This document shows, one piece after another, positions 38,888-49,511 of a stretch of 64,000 bases of DNA (positions are counted from its first letter, which is position 1; each line of letters opens with the position of its first letter). The translations under genes and the position numbers were made by a program. Source of the stretch: an uncultured Chloroflexia bacterium (GTDB lineage Bacteria > Chloroflexota > Anaerolineae > JAAYZQ01); the NCBI GenBank assembly GCA_963700285.1, contig CAVOXA010000009.1:128001-192000 (forward strand), in the 5' to 3' direction. The notes below the pieces were generated by a model. That model did not search any database. It saw only the letters and a program-made list of their open reading frames with translations, and had not been told where the DNA came from.

Positions 38888-40126
38888 TCACCCGTCTATT
38901 CCGTACACCCTCGTGTCAGGATAAAAGTCCTTCCAGCCGAACCAGAAAGAATTGGTGCTTTTGAGCCGGGTCAGGCGCTCGCCAGCCAGCGGGCCACCGG
39001 TTGCCATTCCGGTCAGGCCCTGCCAGGTGCTTCCCGTCTCGGCATCGGTCAGGGTCAGTCTCGCCGGGTCGCTGAGTGAGAAGGTGAGGGTTTGGTCCCC
39101 CACTTGGCGGTCAAAGACGGCAGTGGACAACTGGTCCTCGCCAAACACGACCAGCACTGGCGTATCGCCAATCTCGTCATTGACCACTGGCTCGAGGCTC
39201 AGCACGCTAAAGGGGTAGGCTACGGCCTCATCCTCCAGCGCGACGCCCACGACGAACTGCTTGGTCGGCAGGCGGTTGTCCTGGTACGTCTCACCGATGA
39301 CGCCGGCCTGGCCCGATTGATAGTAGGAGCCGTAGGGATCCCTGCTCCCGGTGTAGCCCTTCACCAGGGCCACTGTGTCGGGGTAACGGGTCTTCCATTC
39401 ACCCCACGTTGTTATGGCCGAGGGAAAGAACTCCAGTTTGGTGCCTTTGAGTTCGCCCTCTACCGCTTCGCCCAGCAGTTGGCTCCACAGCGACTCGGTC
39501 TGCCGGTCATACATGACCAGCACATTCATGATCAGTTTGCCGCTGACGCCAAAAGTAACCTCCTGGCCATCAATCTCTCGGGAATACACGATTCCCGTGA
39601 AGCAGAGTGGTCACCATGTGACCGAGATGGGGCGTCCTGCCAGCGTGTCGTTGACAATCTCGTGTGCCGACAGCAGGCCAACAGAGTAGGCCCGGGCCTC
39701 GTCGTCCAGCTCGACGCCCAAGACCAATTCCTCGGGACCGTATTCTTTGTCAGCCTCCTGGGTGCCATAGAACTTGGGGTCGTCGATGGAGGGGATGGCA
39801 TCAGGCGGCAGCAGGGTGACGATCTTATAGCCGAGTTCATCCCCTGCTAGAGTCGCCGTCGGTTCGACCTGGGCTTCCGCCGGCTCGGAACGCGTTGCCG
39901 TTGGCTCAGCGCTCGTCGCTGTTGGGTCCGGATTCGTGCCTATTGGCTCCGCCGTATCGGTGGGTCTGCTGGTCTTGGTTGGCGATGGTGGATCTGTCGC
40001 TGTCGCGCTCGCGGCGGTCCGTTGTACGGCTGCCTGTTCGTCAGATACCGCGCTTCCGCAAGCTGCCAGCAGAAGCAGCGCGACCATACTGAACGCCAGT
40101 GTGCTGGCGCGCGTTCCTATTCTCAC
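38888..40126 (-). CDS. DUF3179-domain lipoprotein, probable selenoprotein (in-frame TGA at 39611-39613)
   Basis: The two track ORFs are in the same frame and join as ISVTW-U-PLCFTGIVYSR..FGVSGKL..LVMYDRQTESLWSQ. Lipobox LAAC. Confidence 0.85.
39579..39597 (-). promoter_or_regulatory. Putative bacterial SECIS hairpin
   Basis: CGGGAAU-CGUGU-AUUCCCG, starting 14 nt after the UGA, with G in the apical loop. Confidence 0.65.
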
Positions 40127-40313
40127 TGTCGTTGAAACCTCCCTTCGTGAGCAACCTCTTGATGGGCTTGTCCGCTTCTACACCTTTAGACAGAGTTCGT
40201 GCATGGAATCTTACCTTGAAGACGGCTGTTCACGATTGTTCAGGTGTTGGAGGAAGGTAGAGCCTGTATCGCCGGGCGGCAGGGGGGCAACTTGCGGCAG
40301 GGCCGGGCAGAGA

Positions 40314-41079
40314 TCAACGAACCACCCAATCTCCCTGGAGACGCCTTGTCGGCCACAGCAGCAGCAGGATGACGATCATAAAGACTGCATCGGCAGCCAG
40401 TGTCAGTGCAAAGGCGGTGGCGAGATAGCCGGCAATGGCATTCACGACCTGCACGATATCCTCGGGGATGGTGGGCACGCCGCCGACGATTAGCAGAATG
40501 GTAGCTGCAATCCCAAGGAATATCAGCACGGGACGTACGGCGGCCATGTCAGACTCGCTGGGAAGCATCGCGTTGGAAATGGCAAAGATGAGATAAAGCC
40601 ACAGCCAGAAGTCGGGCACCCGCACGGCTTGTTCCAGCGCGGCCACAATCCCTTCCCACCCGCTGCTCGGCTACCGTCTGGGCCAGGTTTCCGACATCCA
40701 GCACCAGCATGCCGATCAGGAGAATGATGGCTGTCCCACCCAGCAGTGGAGCCAGCCCAATGAGGCTGGCACGCAGGGGGTCTACGGCCGCCACCCGTAC
40801 CGAGCCCAGGGTCACGCGCCGGCTCCGCGCCTTGCGTACCGGGCCGATGGACAGCTTGCCGACGCGCACGCCCAGGATCTTGGCCATCAACCAATGGCTC
40901 AGCTCGTGGACCACGACGCCGGGCAGGACGATGACAAAGTAGAGGACCAGGGCCACGTCGGGGTCGCCCACCCAGCGTATGCTTAGCTCCTGCAGATTGC
41001 GCGTAATCAAGCGCTTAGCCAGGAGAAGAGGTAGAAGGGTAGCGACCAGGGCAATGAGAGGTGTCCAGGTGGTAGCCAT
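40314..41079 (-). CDS. M50-like membrane metalloprotease (apparent frameshift near 40660)
   Basis: PGVVVHELSH (HExxH), LIGLAP, and NAMLPSESD in the second fragment. Confidence 0.7.
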
Positions 41080-41090
41080 TCTGTACCTGC

Positions 41091-42266
41091 CTACACTGTG
41101 CCTGTTCCAGAGATCGTGATGGCTACGATCTCCGGCGGGCAGAAAAAGCGAGCCCGAGGTGTACCAAAGCCCTCCATACCCAGGCCACGACTCACGTAAA
41201 GTTCTGTGTCGCCCTCGCGAAAAGGCCCCGCCTCGTAGCGTTTCCAATACCGGGAGCTGGTCAGGATTGCGCCGAAACCAGGCAGGCGCCACTGTCCGCC
41301 ATGGGTGTGGCCTGCCAGGAAAAGATCCACACCCAGCGAGGCAGCCTGGGGCATCAGGTCGGGTACGTGGTAGAGGAGCAGTGTGTAGGCGCCCTGAGGC
41401 GCACTGTCCAAGAGGGCGCGTAGAATCGCACCCTCGGCCTCAGGCTGTCGTGTGGGGTAGATGCCCATTACCCACATCTGATGGCCATTGACCGTTAAGT
41501 CGATGCCCTGATCTTCCAGAATGGTGATACCCAGGCCGGCCAGCACCGGACGCAGCATTGGGGGGAGGTCGACCTCAGCTGTACCCCACACAGCATAGAT
41601 GCCACCTGGCGCGTAGAACTGCTTCAGCAGCTTCCCGAGATCAGCCAGGGCTTGGGGGTCGTCGTTGTAGGTTGTGCTCAAAAAGTCGCCGGTGAGGACG
41701 ATGAGATCTGGGGACAGTCCGGCGACGATGGCCGGGAGGGCGCGCTCTCGCCGGCTGAGACGTTCAATGTGCAGGTCCGATAGCTGGACGATGCGCAGTG
41801 GCTGGCCTGGGTTGGCCAGTTTGGCACTGCGAGATTCTATGTGGGTCACCTGCAGTCGAAAAGGCTCTATCAGCGTGCCATAGGCCGCCAGCACCCAAAC
41901 CAGGACCTGAAGGAAGAGCAGCCCAGCGATGGTCTGATGTGGCCAGTGGCCGGCGAAGGGGACAAGCAAAAGGGTCAACATCCAACGCCCCAGGACAAGG
42001 CCCAACCAGGGGGGCTGGACCGGGCCGTAGGATAGTCCAAAGCGAGGAAGGCAATCCAAAAGCGCCCAATCAGCCAGGGCAAAGGCCAGCAGGATCAGGA
42101 ACACGGCCCATCCCAAAGCCGGGTCGCTGGCCATCTTGGCCCAGAGCACGCCAGCAATGATCGCGAAAACCATAGGGATTGGTGCGATCCGCCAGGCGGC
42201 CCACTGGGCTGGCTTTTCAGTAAGGAGCAAAACTGTGTGAAATGGTTTGTCACCCAGCAATCTCAT
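41091..42266 (-). CDS. Membrane-bound metallophosphoesterase (YkuE-like)
   Basis: QLSDLH, LTGDF, LLYHVPD, LAGHTHGGQ, YVSRGLG, with N-terminal TM helices. Confidence 0.88.
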   Translation of the reverse strand: MRLLGDKPFHTVLLLTEKPAQWAAWRIAPIPMVFAIIAGVLWAKMASDPALGWAVFLILLAFALADWALLDCLPRFGLSYGPVQPPWLGLVLGRWMLTLLLVPFAGHWPHQTIAGLLFLQVLVWVLAAYGTLIEPFRLQVTHIESRSAKLANPGQPLRIVQLSDLHIERLSRRERALPAIVAGLSPDLIVLTGDFLSTTYNDDPQALADLGKLLKQFYAPGGIYAVWGTAEVDLPPMLRPVLAGLGITILEDQGIDLTVNGHQMWVMGIYPTRQPEAEGAILRALLDSAPQGAYTLLLYHVPDLMPQAASLGVDLFLAGHTHGGQWRLPGFGAILTSSRYWKRYEAGPFREGDTELYVSRGLGMEGFGTPRARFFCPPEIVAITISGTGTV

Positions 42267-42446
42267 GGGGGCCATTATACCACCCCTTTTTGGCCAGGAC
42301 AACTTGCCGCGCCAGGTCAAGAATGTGCTTGAAGCCGAGACTGTGAACCGGGAACCGGTGCTGTGGTACCAGGAGTACCCATTCTTGGCGTTCGGCCCGA
42401 CTTCAAGTATAATGCATGGCTGAATCTTTGGAGGAGAGAAGCGCAG

Positions 42447-43358
42447 GTGTTTAGGCGATCAAAAACAATCAGGGATAGCCTGACCAAAACGAGGCGCGGC
42501 TTCTTTGGACAGATCACGGGCCTGCTGGCTGGGGGCCAGATCACCGAAGAGACATGGGATGACCTGGAAGCTCTCCTGGTCCAGGCTGACGTGGGGGTGA
42601 ATACCACCATCGAGGTGATAGATCGGTTGCGGGAGCAGGTTGCCCGGGGCAAGGCCCGCAACACGCAGGCTTTGCAAGACCTGCTGAAGGCAGAGTTGCT
42701 GGGCCTATTGGGCGATCCAGAGCCGATGACGATTGATGAACCGCGGTTGCTGACCCTGGTGCTGATCGTCGGGGTCAATGGGTCGGGCAAGACCACGACC
42801 ATCGCCAAGCTGGCCAAGTACTATAAGGATCGGGGGCGGAATGTCCTGTTGGCCGCGGCTGATACCTTCCGGGCGGCAGCTATCGACCAACTCAAGATCT
42901 GGGGTGATCGGGCTGGCGTTCCTGTGATTGCCCACCAACCGGGTGCTGACCCGGGTGCGGTGGTCTATGATGCGATCCGTGCCAGCCAGAGCCGCAAGGC
43001 CGATCTGCTCATCGTTGATACCGCTGGACGGCTGCACACCAAATACAACCTGATGGAAGAACTACGAAAGGTGCGGGGCGTGGCGGCCAAGCGTGTCCAC
43101 CAGGCTCCCCACGAGACGCTGATGGTTTTGGATGCCACAACAGGACAGAATGCCCTGTCACAGGCGCGGCATTTCAAAGAGACTGCGGACGTTACCGGAG
43201 TTATCGTGGCCAAGCTGGACGGTACGGCCAAAGGTGGTGTGGTATTTGCCGTTGCCCACGAGTTGGGACTTCCTGTGCGTTTCATTGGCACTGGCGAGAC
43301 CATCGACGACCTGGCCGAGTTTGACGCTGAGGGCTTTGTCGAGGGGCTGTTCGAATAA
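42447..43358 (+). CDS. ftsY: SRP receptor FtsY
   Basis: [42 protein letters not shown] start after GGAGG. Confidence 0.95.
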   Translation: MFRRSKTIRDSLTKTRRGFFGQITGLLAGGQITEETWDDLEALLVQADVGVNTTIEVIDRLREQVARGKARNTQALQDLLKAELLGLLGDPEPMTIDEPRLLTLVLIVGVNGSGKTTTIAKLAKYYKDRGRNVLLAAADTFRAAAIDQLKIWGDRAGVPVIAHQPGADPGAVVYDAIRASQSRKADLLIVDTAGRLHTKYNLMEELRKVRGVAAKRVHQAPHETLMVLDATTGQNALSQARHFKETADVTGVIVAKLDGTAKGGVVFAVAHELGLPVRFIGTGETIDDLAEFDAEGFVEGLFE

Positions 43359-43477
43359 AGGTACTGAGCGAGATCCAGTAGATTCGCCTCAGCAACGGAA
43401 AAAGTCGCGCTCTATGGCTGAGACGGTAAGGTTGTTGTTCTGTGAGGTAACCTGCTGGTCTGATTGGAGGTAGCAAA

Positions 43478-44577
43478 ATGGAAGAGTTGAGAAGCCGGCT
43501 GAACGACGTTGGATGAACGCATCAAAGAAATACAGGTGCGTCTTTGACCTGACCGACAAAGAACGCCACGTTGAGAAACTGGAACGAGATGCCGCCGCAC
43601 CAGAGTTCTGGGACAATCCCAGCGTCGCGCAGGTGGCGATGCAGGACCTTACGAGCCTTAAAAGCGAAATAGATCGATGGCAGACGCTGCACGGTCGGGT
43701 CACAGAGGCGCTGGAGCTGTTGGATCTGGCTGAACTGGATGAGGACCAGTCGCTGATCACCGGGATCGAGGCTGAATCTAGCAGTGTCGAAGCGGAACTG
43801 GACCGCCTGGAGTTTGAGCTTCTGCTGTCAGGCCCTCACGACCGCGATCCAGCAATCCTTGCGATCCATGCTGGTGCAGGTGGTACCGATGCCCAGGACT
43901 TTGCCGAGATGTTGATGCGCATGTACCTGCGATGGGCCGAGCGACAGGGGTACAAGACCGAGATCCTGGACTCTTTGCGGGGAGGGGAGGCGGGTTTCAA
44001 GAGTGTGACGATTAGCATCAGTGGCCCGTATGCTTTCGGCTATCTCTCGGCTGAGCGTGGCGTTCACCGTTTGGTTCGGCTTTCGCCCTTTGACGAAGCC
44101 CACCGGCGTCATACCTCGTTCGCTCTCGTTGAGGTGATGCCCGAAATCTCCAGCGACATTGAGATCGAGATCAGAGCGGACGATCTCAAAGTCGACGTGT
44201 TCAAGGCGTCGGGAGCCGGGGGACAGCACGTGCAAAAGAACTCTACGGCAGTACGCATCACACACCAGCCCACCGGGATCGTGGTGGCCTGCCAGAACGA
44301 GCGATCCCAGGCGCAGAACCGGGATGTAGCGCTCAAGATCTTGCGTGGCAAGCTCTACGAGATGGAGCAGGAAAAGCTTGCTGATGAGCAATCTCGTTTG
44401 AAGGGCGATCACATTTCGGCTGGCTGGGGGAATCAGATTCGTTCCTACGTGCTGCATCCCTATCACATGATCAAAGACCTGCGTACGGGCTTTGAAACTG
44501 GCAACAGCAGCGCGGTCCTGGACGGCGACATTCAGTCCTTCATCGAGGCTTACTTGCAGTCAATGGTCGGAACGTAG
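43478..44577 (+). CDS. prfB: Peptide chain release factor 2 (programmed +1 frameshift at CTT TGA C, 43542-48, plus one extra base near 43502)
   Basis: SPF and GGQ motifs, WGNQIRSY, and an internal SD-like AGGTG 3 nt before CTTTGAC. Confidence 0.93.
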
Positions 44578-44653
44578 GTTGTTCCTACGCCACAGGATTC
44601 TGGAGTCGCCTCGCCAGCATGCCAAGAGCGGGTTCAGAATGCATCTGGGCTAG

Positions 44654-44696
44654 AAAGCGGCGGGCGTATGGCTGTCCGCCATACGCCCGCCGCTTT
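44654..44696. terminator. Perfect 19-bp hairpin between convergent genes (likely bidirectional terminator)
   Basis: AAAGCGGCGGGCGTATGGC-TGTCC-GCCATACGCCCGCCGCTTT. Confidence 0.8.
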
Positions 44697-44720
44697 GGGT
44701 GCTCCGGCAATCGCAGCGTG

Positions 44721-47051
44721 CTAGTCAGAGGGCAGGATGATCATGTGGAGACTGTTGTCGCTCAGGAAAAAGGCTCGCCCGCCAATTTCGTCAACAAAGA
44801 GGCTGGTCACGCTCGCAAGGGCGTCGTTGGCCCCTTCCCCCTGCGTTTCTGCTAGCCGGAACTGGCGCTTGAATTGTCCATCCTTGCTGGCTTGTACGAT
44901 ACGGTTGTTGCCTGGGTCGGCGACATAGACCCACTGCGTGTCGTTAGGTGGCCGGGCAAAGATGGCCGTTGCGCCTTGGGGTGGGGTATCCCAATCGGAG
45001 ATATCAAACGCGACGGGCTTGCCCCCCGATAGCTTTTGTATGGCGCCGTCGGCGTAGAGGAGAAGGATATCGTCGCCGATGGCCATGTCTCGGACCCCCG
45101 CAAGATCGACCTCTGTTTCCAACCATTCGTCAGGGTGGGAAGTATAGCCATCCGCGCTAGGCAGATATCGCCAGATGTGATTTGCTACTGAGTCCAGTAG
45201 GTAAAAGCGGCCAGAGTGGCTGCCGACCAACTGTGGGAACTTCCAGGACTCGGAAGCGACTTGTAGGGGGACCAGTTCGTCGGAAACCGGGTCGTACTCT
45301 AGTAGGTTCCCACCACTCTCGAGGATCAGGAGCCCTGCTTTTTGGCGACCGTTGCCCGCAGGCATCCAGGCCATGTCCAGCAAGTCAGCCACGAGGAGAT
45401 CTTTGACCCGGTCCCCCTTCTGGACAAGTAGCGAGTCGGATGCGGGCAGCAAAGACTGCTGGAACTCATCGAGCTGGTGATGGTGTACCTGGTTGGTCTT
45501 GCGGTCCATCACAAATACGTGCACTCCCTGCACCACGACGCGATTCAGTTTGGCGCCCGGCGCGTAGGTCATCAATTCACCTTCCCAAGGTACGAGCCGA
45601 ACCTGACTGCTCTCCTCCAGCCGCGCCTTGATCCTTCTCCGCAGATCCAATGCCTCAGCATGGCCAGGTTGCTCCTCAAGCAATTGGTTAAGGTACTGGT
45701 CTGCCTCGGCCAGGCGATCGCGAAGGGCGGTTGGTTCACTGAGCTCCTGAGCCTGGCGCCAACTGGTATTGGCGCTCAGCCACAGCGTGTCTACCTCTGA
45801 TTGTTGGGCTTCGCCTCGCTGGATCACCGTCCATATGACCAAGCCGGCGACGATAAGGGGGATAGCGACGGCAATCCCGACGAGCAGCCGCTGGACAACA
45901 AGGCTCCGAGTACGGCCCGCGGGCGCGGTCTTTGTCCGCTTTTCAGCCCGTTGAACAGGCGGTTTGGCGGCAGGTGCCGGTTCCGTGGACGCGGTCCGCG
46001 GCTTGACCTGGCTGGGCACCAAACTTTTCAGGAAAACCAGCAGCGCCGCCCAAATGGCTGCCAGCGCCAATCCAACCGATTGTGCTCGCTCGCCAAGTCC
46101 AAACTGTTCTCCCCAACCGGGAACCTGTCTCTGATCCGTAGGCAGCGGAGGGGGAAGTGGCCTGCCGGTTGGGCGCGCCGGTCGGATTGCAGCCTTGTCT
46201 GGCCGTGTGTCCGCTGGCGCGAGGGGAGGGGCTGCGACCTGGTCCATGGGTGGGCTGGCTTGCGCGGGGACAGGTGCTGGAACCCCTATCTCTGGCGCCT
46301 CAGCCAGCATAGTGGCCTGGGTTGTGCTCTGATCTGTTTCGCCGTCGCCCAATCTTACCGCCATGGCCGATAGCTCGCTGCCTTGAGCTTCACCTGACAG
46401 CTCAAGCAGTACTTCTGCAACAGAGGGCCTGGTCATGATACGCGGCCAGGCCTGAGGGGAAAGGCGGCTCGCCAGCCTGCTATCCACCAGGAGAATGGTA
46501 TCGTTTTCGGAGACCTGGGTATGGAACAGGTCCACATGTACATCGCGGCGTTTTCCGAGGGGGGCTGCGTCTGCATCCTCCGACGGGATGTTATCCAGCC
46601 AGGGTGAGATGTCGGGGAAGCGGACAACCTGCCGCTCGTGGCCCACATAGAGAGCCGCTGGCCCTGCTTGGGCGACAAAGAGGTCTTGATTGCGCAGAAC
46701 AGCACATGACAGGCCTGCCGTCCATTGTTGGTCTGGCATGGATTGTCTGTTCTCGTCGGCCAGCATGTTGTTGACGTTGCGTATCGCCTCTCGAAGGGCT
46801 GCTGTGATGCTTCCTCGTTGCTCATAGTAGATGTCGCGGATCAACTCCGCCAGCCGGTCCGCGACGAGATCTTGGTCCCGTAGTGAACCTGAGACTTCTA
46901 CCAGGATGTACAGGCTGCCCCGCCCCCGGCCTCGAGAGAACCGGGAAGTAGGCTCGACTGCCAGGGCCCCATGGGCCTGTCCATACCTGCGGCCCTCCGC
47001 TACCGCCAACTGCTCCACCGTCGTTCTCAAGCTCATAGCATCCTGCCGCAT
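44721..47051 (-). CDS. PP2C-like (degenerate) domain, Pro-rich linker, TM helix and NHL-like beta-propeller
   Basis: 776-aa ORF. The C-terminal part has FYLLD, LLYADG and VYVADPGNNRIV repeats. Confidence 0.7.
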   Translation of the reverse strand: MRQDAMSLRTTVEQLAVAEGRRYGQAHGALAVEPTSRFSRGRGRGSLYILVEVSGSLRDQDLVADRLAELIRDIYYEQRGSITAALREAIRNVNNMLADENRQSMPDQQWTAGLSCAVLRNQDLFVAQAGPAALYVGHERQVVRFPDISPWLDNIPSEDADAAPLGKRRDVHVDLFHTQVSENDTILLVDSRLASRLSPQAWPRIMTRPSVAEVLLELSGEAQGSELSAMAVRLGDGETDQSTTQATMLAEAPEIGVPAPVPAQASPPMDQVAAPPLAPADTRPDKAAIRPARPTGRPLPPPLPTDQRQVPGWGEQFGLGERAQSVGLALAAIWAALLVFLKSLVPSQVKPRTASTEPAPAAKPPVQRAEKRTKTAPAGRTRSLVVQRLLVGIAVAIPLIVAGLVIWTVIQRGEAQQSEVDTLWLSANTSWRQAQELSEPTALRDRLAEADQYLNQLLEEQPGHAEALDLRRRIKARLEESSQVRLVPWEGELMTYAPGAKLNRVVVQGVHVFVMDRKTNQVHHHQLDEFQQSLLPASDSLLVQKGDRVKDLLVADLLDMAWMPAGNGRQKAGLLILESGGNLLEYDPVSDELVPLQVASESWKFPQLVGSHSGRFYLLDSVANHIWRYLPSADGYTSHPDEWLETEVDLAGVRDMAIGDDILLLYADGAIQKLSGGKPVAFDISDWDTPPQGATAIFARPPNDTQWVYVADPGNNRIVQASKDGQFKRQFRLAETQGEGANDALASVTSLFVDEIGGRAFFLSDNSLHMIILPSD

Positions 47052-47095
47052 ATCTCACCCGCCTGGATGGACCGGCGCCGTCTACATCAAGGCCA

Positions 47096-48124
47096 TCACG
47101 CCGCAGTCGTGTTGGCGTCCGCTGGACTGGCCATTGCCACAAGATCAACCACGAGTTTCTCGAAATAGCTTTTGGGTGGCGGGGCGCCCTCACCATATTC
47201 CAGATAGGTTACGTTTACTTGGACTTGCAAACCACTTGTTTCCAACAGGATCGGGTGGCCAAATTTGGCAAGGACCGCCTCTCCCTTTGGGGCCAGCTTG
47301 GCTCTCAGGGCTTCGTCTTCGAAAGCGTGCTCGCTCATCAGGACCTTGGTGACCGTGCGAATATCACTTTTGTCAAACAGCCAGACCTCAAAGGCCATGA
47401 CTTTGTCAGGTTCGCCATTGTGGACGGTCTCCGAGATGCCCATGCCACACTCGCCCAGGAACTCACCCGTGCGCGCCTCGATGCTGAATGACTCGTCGTA
47501 AGTATCCTTGCCGTGTTCATACGTGGTACTAAAAGTGCCCAACCGCACGCCACTACCCACGGTCTGCTGGATAGGGGCGTAAGCCAGTGGTGGAGATGCC
47601 GCTGCTGGTGCTTTTCGAGCAGGTGTCGGGCGCTTCAAGAGCGCCCGCACAGCAAGAACTGCGAGTACTAGGGCCAGTAGGACGAGGACGAAAACCAAGC
47701 AGGGTACGCGGAGCCGATCCCAGAAGCTGGGTCCCGGGGGCTCGATGGGCTCCGGCATGATGGGGTCGACCTCAGCGCTCTCAGGAAGGCCCAAGGCCAT
47801 GGCCAGGTCTTGAACAGCCAGCGCTTCTTCGTACTGCCCCGCAAGCTCGTACGCTGCCACGGAATCAGCAATCGCTGCCTGTTTCTCTTCTAGCGTCCAG
47901 CCCGACAGGTATGCATCTGCCTGGGCTGAGTCCCTGTCCAGTCTGAAAGAGTCGGCAACCAAGGCCATATACTTTGCTTTTGCGGGAGGCGCCAGGTGGT
48001 AGGTATCGGCATCCTCCCATTCTACCGGAAAGAGCCCCCAGAATAGTGCCATTCCCAACAACAGACCCAGTATGAGGCCAACGATGATGCCTGTGATCAG
48101 GTAGGTACGAGCGCTCGAATCCAT
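47096..48124 (-). CDS. Hypothetical two-TM membrane protein with a conserved-looking C-terminal beta domain
   Basis: 342-aa ORF with AGGAGGAG RBS; C-terminal YDESFSIE..FLGECGMGISE..AFEVWLFDKSDIRTVTKVLMSEHAF. Confidence 0.7.
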   Translation of the reverse strand: MDSSARTYLITGIIVGLILGLLLGMALFWGLFPVEWEDADTYHLAPPAKAKYMALVADSFRLDRDSAQADAYLSGWTLEEKQAAIADSVAAYELAGQYEEALAVQDLAMALGLPESAEVDPIMPEPIEPPGPSFWDRLRVPCLVFVLVLLALVLAVLAVRALLKRPTPARKAPAAASPPLAYAPIQQTVGSGVRLGTFSTTYEHGKDTYDESFSIEARTGEFLGECGMGISETVHNGEPDKVMAFEVWLFDKSDIRTVTKVLMSEHAFEDEALRAKLAPKGEAVLAKFGHPILLETSGLQVQVNVTYLEYGEGAPPPKSYFEKLVVDLVAMASPADANTTAA

Positions 48125-48340
48125 TCTGCTCCTCCTTGTCCTCGTGTTGCTATGACTTCAGAATCCCAGTGTCCACACCGGACGCTGTGGGGCCCCGTGT
48201 AGCCTGGAAGCTGGCTTGCAGATCCAGGTACGGGCATAATCAGCGGCCCAGGATCACATGAGAAGCCAATCTGTCTCTGCCTAGCAGGACGATTTAGCAG
48301 TAGTCTACCTACATCAACGCTCTTTCTAGTCAACTAGCCT

Positions 48341-48369
48341 ATTTTATCACACCTCTTCTTTTTTGGCAA
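48341..48369 (-). promoter_or_regulatory. Sigma70 promoter
   Basis: Minus strand reads TTGCCA, 17 nt, TG-extended TAAAAT. Confidence 0.65.
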
Positions 48370-48395
48370 ATTCAGGGAGTTACCTCCTGTCTCTC

Positions 48396-49457
48396 TCAAG
48401 CGATCACGGGCGATTTGGTAGTCTGGGTCAAGATTTCTACCCCGTCAGCGCGGATTAGGGCGAGATCCTCAATGCGTACGCCGAACTCACCCGGCAAATA
48501 GATGCCCGGCTCGATGGTCAAGATCATGCCTGCCTCAAGCGTGCCGTCCGAAAGGCGCGATGCTCTCGGATCCTCGTGGATCACCAAGCCCACACCATGG
48601 CCCAGCCCATGCCCAAAGTAGTCGCCATATCCCGCTGCCTCGATGATGTCTCCGGCCAGGGCGTGGGCCTCCGCACCGCTCACTCCGGCATGGATTCCCT
48701 CTTCGGCCGCCTGCTGGGCCTGCTGGACTATGTTCCACACTTCCAGATACTTTTTGCTAGGCTGGCCGAGGCAGATGGTCCGTGTCATGTCGGAGCAGTA
48801 GCCATCCACTACGCAGCCAATGTCGATGACGATGGGCTCTCCAGGTTGGATTTCATGATCGCCTGGACGAGCATGAGGCATGGCGCCGCTGGGACCGGCA
48901 GCGACAATAGGTGCAAAGGCCATCCTACTGGCCCCGTGGGTGCGCATGTAGGCTTCGATCTGCCAGGCCGCCTCTCGCTCCGTCATCCCAGGTTTGATCA
49001 CGTCCAGCAGGTAGGCAAAGGCAGCATCGGTCAGGGCCGTCGAGCGACGCAACGCCTCAAGCTCGCCCTCATCTTTGACAGCACGGAGCTTTTCAACTGT
49101 CCCTTTCAGAGGTACCCACTCGATGCCCCCGGTGGCCTGGCTCCATTCGTGCAGTTGATCCACAGTCAGGTGTTGGCTCTCAAAGCCCAGCCGCTCCACG
49201 CCAACGCTAGCCAACAGTTCCGGCAGCAAGTCGGAGGGCTTGGTGGTGATTTTGGCCAGCTGAAAATCGGGAGCTTGGTGACTCACCTGCTCGTAATAGC
49301 GAAAATCGGTGGCCAGCACAGCCCGGTCGGGTGAAATAAGCAAGATCCCCGCCGAGCCGGTGAATCCTGATAGATAGCGGCGATTGTCTGGTTGGCTGAT
49401 AAGAATGGCATCGACGTTCTGTTCGATGAGCGTATTGCGCAGTCTGCCAAGTCGCAT
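48396..49457 (-). CDS. Xaa-Pro aminopeptidase (M24B)
   Basis: YLSGFTGS, DFRY, GYCSDMTRT, HGLGHGVG..HE, TIEPGIY, GVRIED. Confidence 0.93.
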   Translation of the reverse strand: MRLGRLRNTLIEQNVDAILISQPDNRRYLSGFTGSAGILLISPDRAVLATDFRYYEQVSHQAPDFQLAKITTKPSDLLPELLASVGVERLGFESQHLTVDQLHEWSQATGGIEWVPLKGTVEKLRAVKDEGELEALRRSTALTDAAFAYLLDVIKPGMTEREAAWQIEAYMRTHGASRMAFAPIVAAGPSGAMPHARPGDHEIQPGEPIVIDIGCVVDGYCSDMTRTICLGQPSKKYLEVWNIVQQAQQAAEEGIHAGVSGAEAHALAGDIIEAAGYGDYFGHGLGHGVGLVIHEDPRASRLSDGTLEAGMILTIEPGIYLPGEFGVRIEDLALIRADGVEILTQTTKSPVIA

Positions 49458-49511
49458 GTTTTTCTCCCTTGCCTTACAGAATCAGTTAATTGGACAGAGG
49501 CCAGTCCAGCT

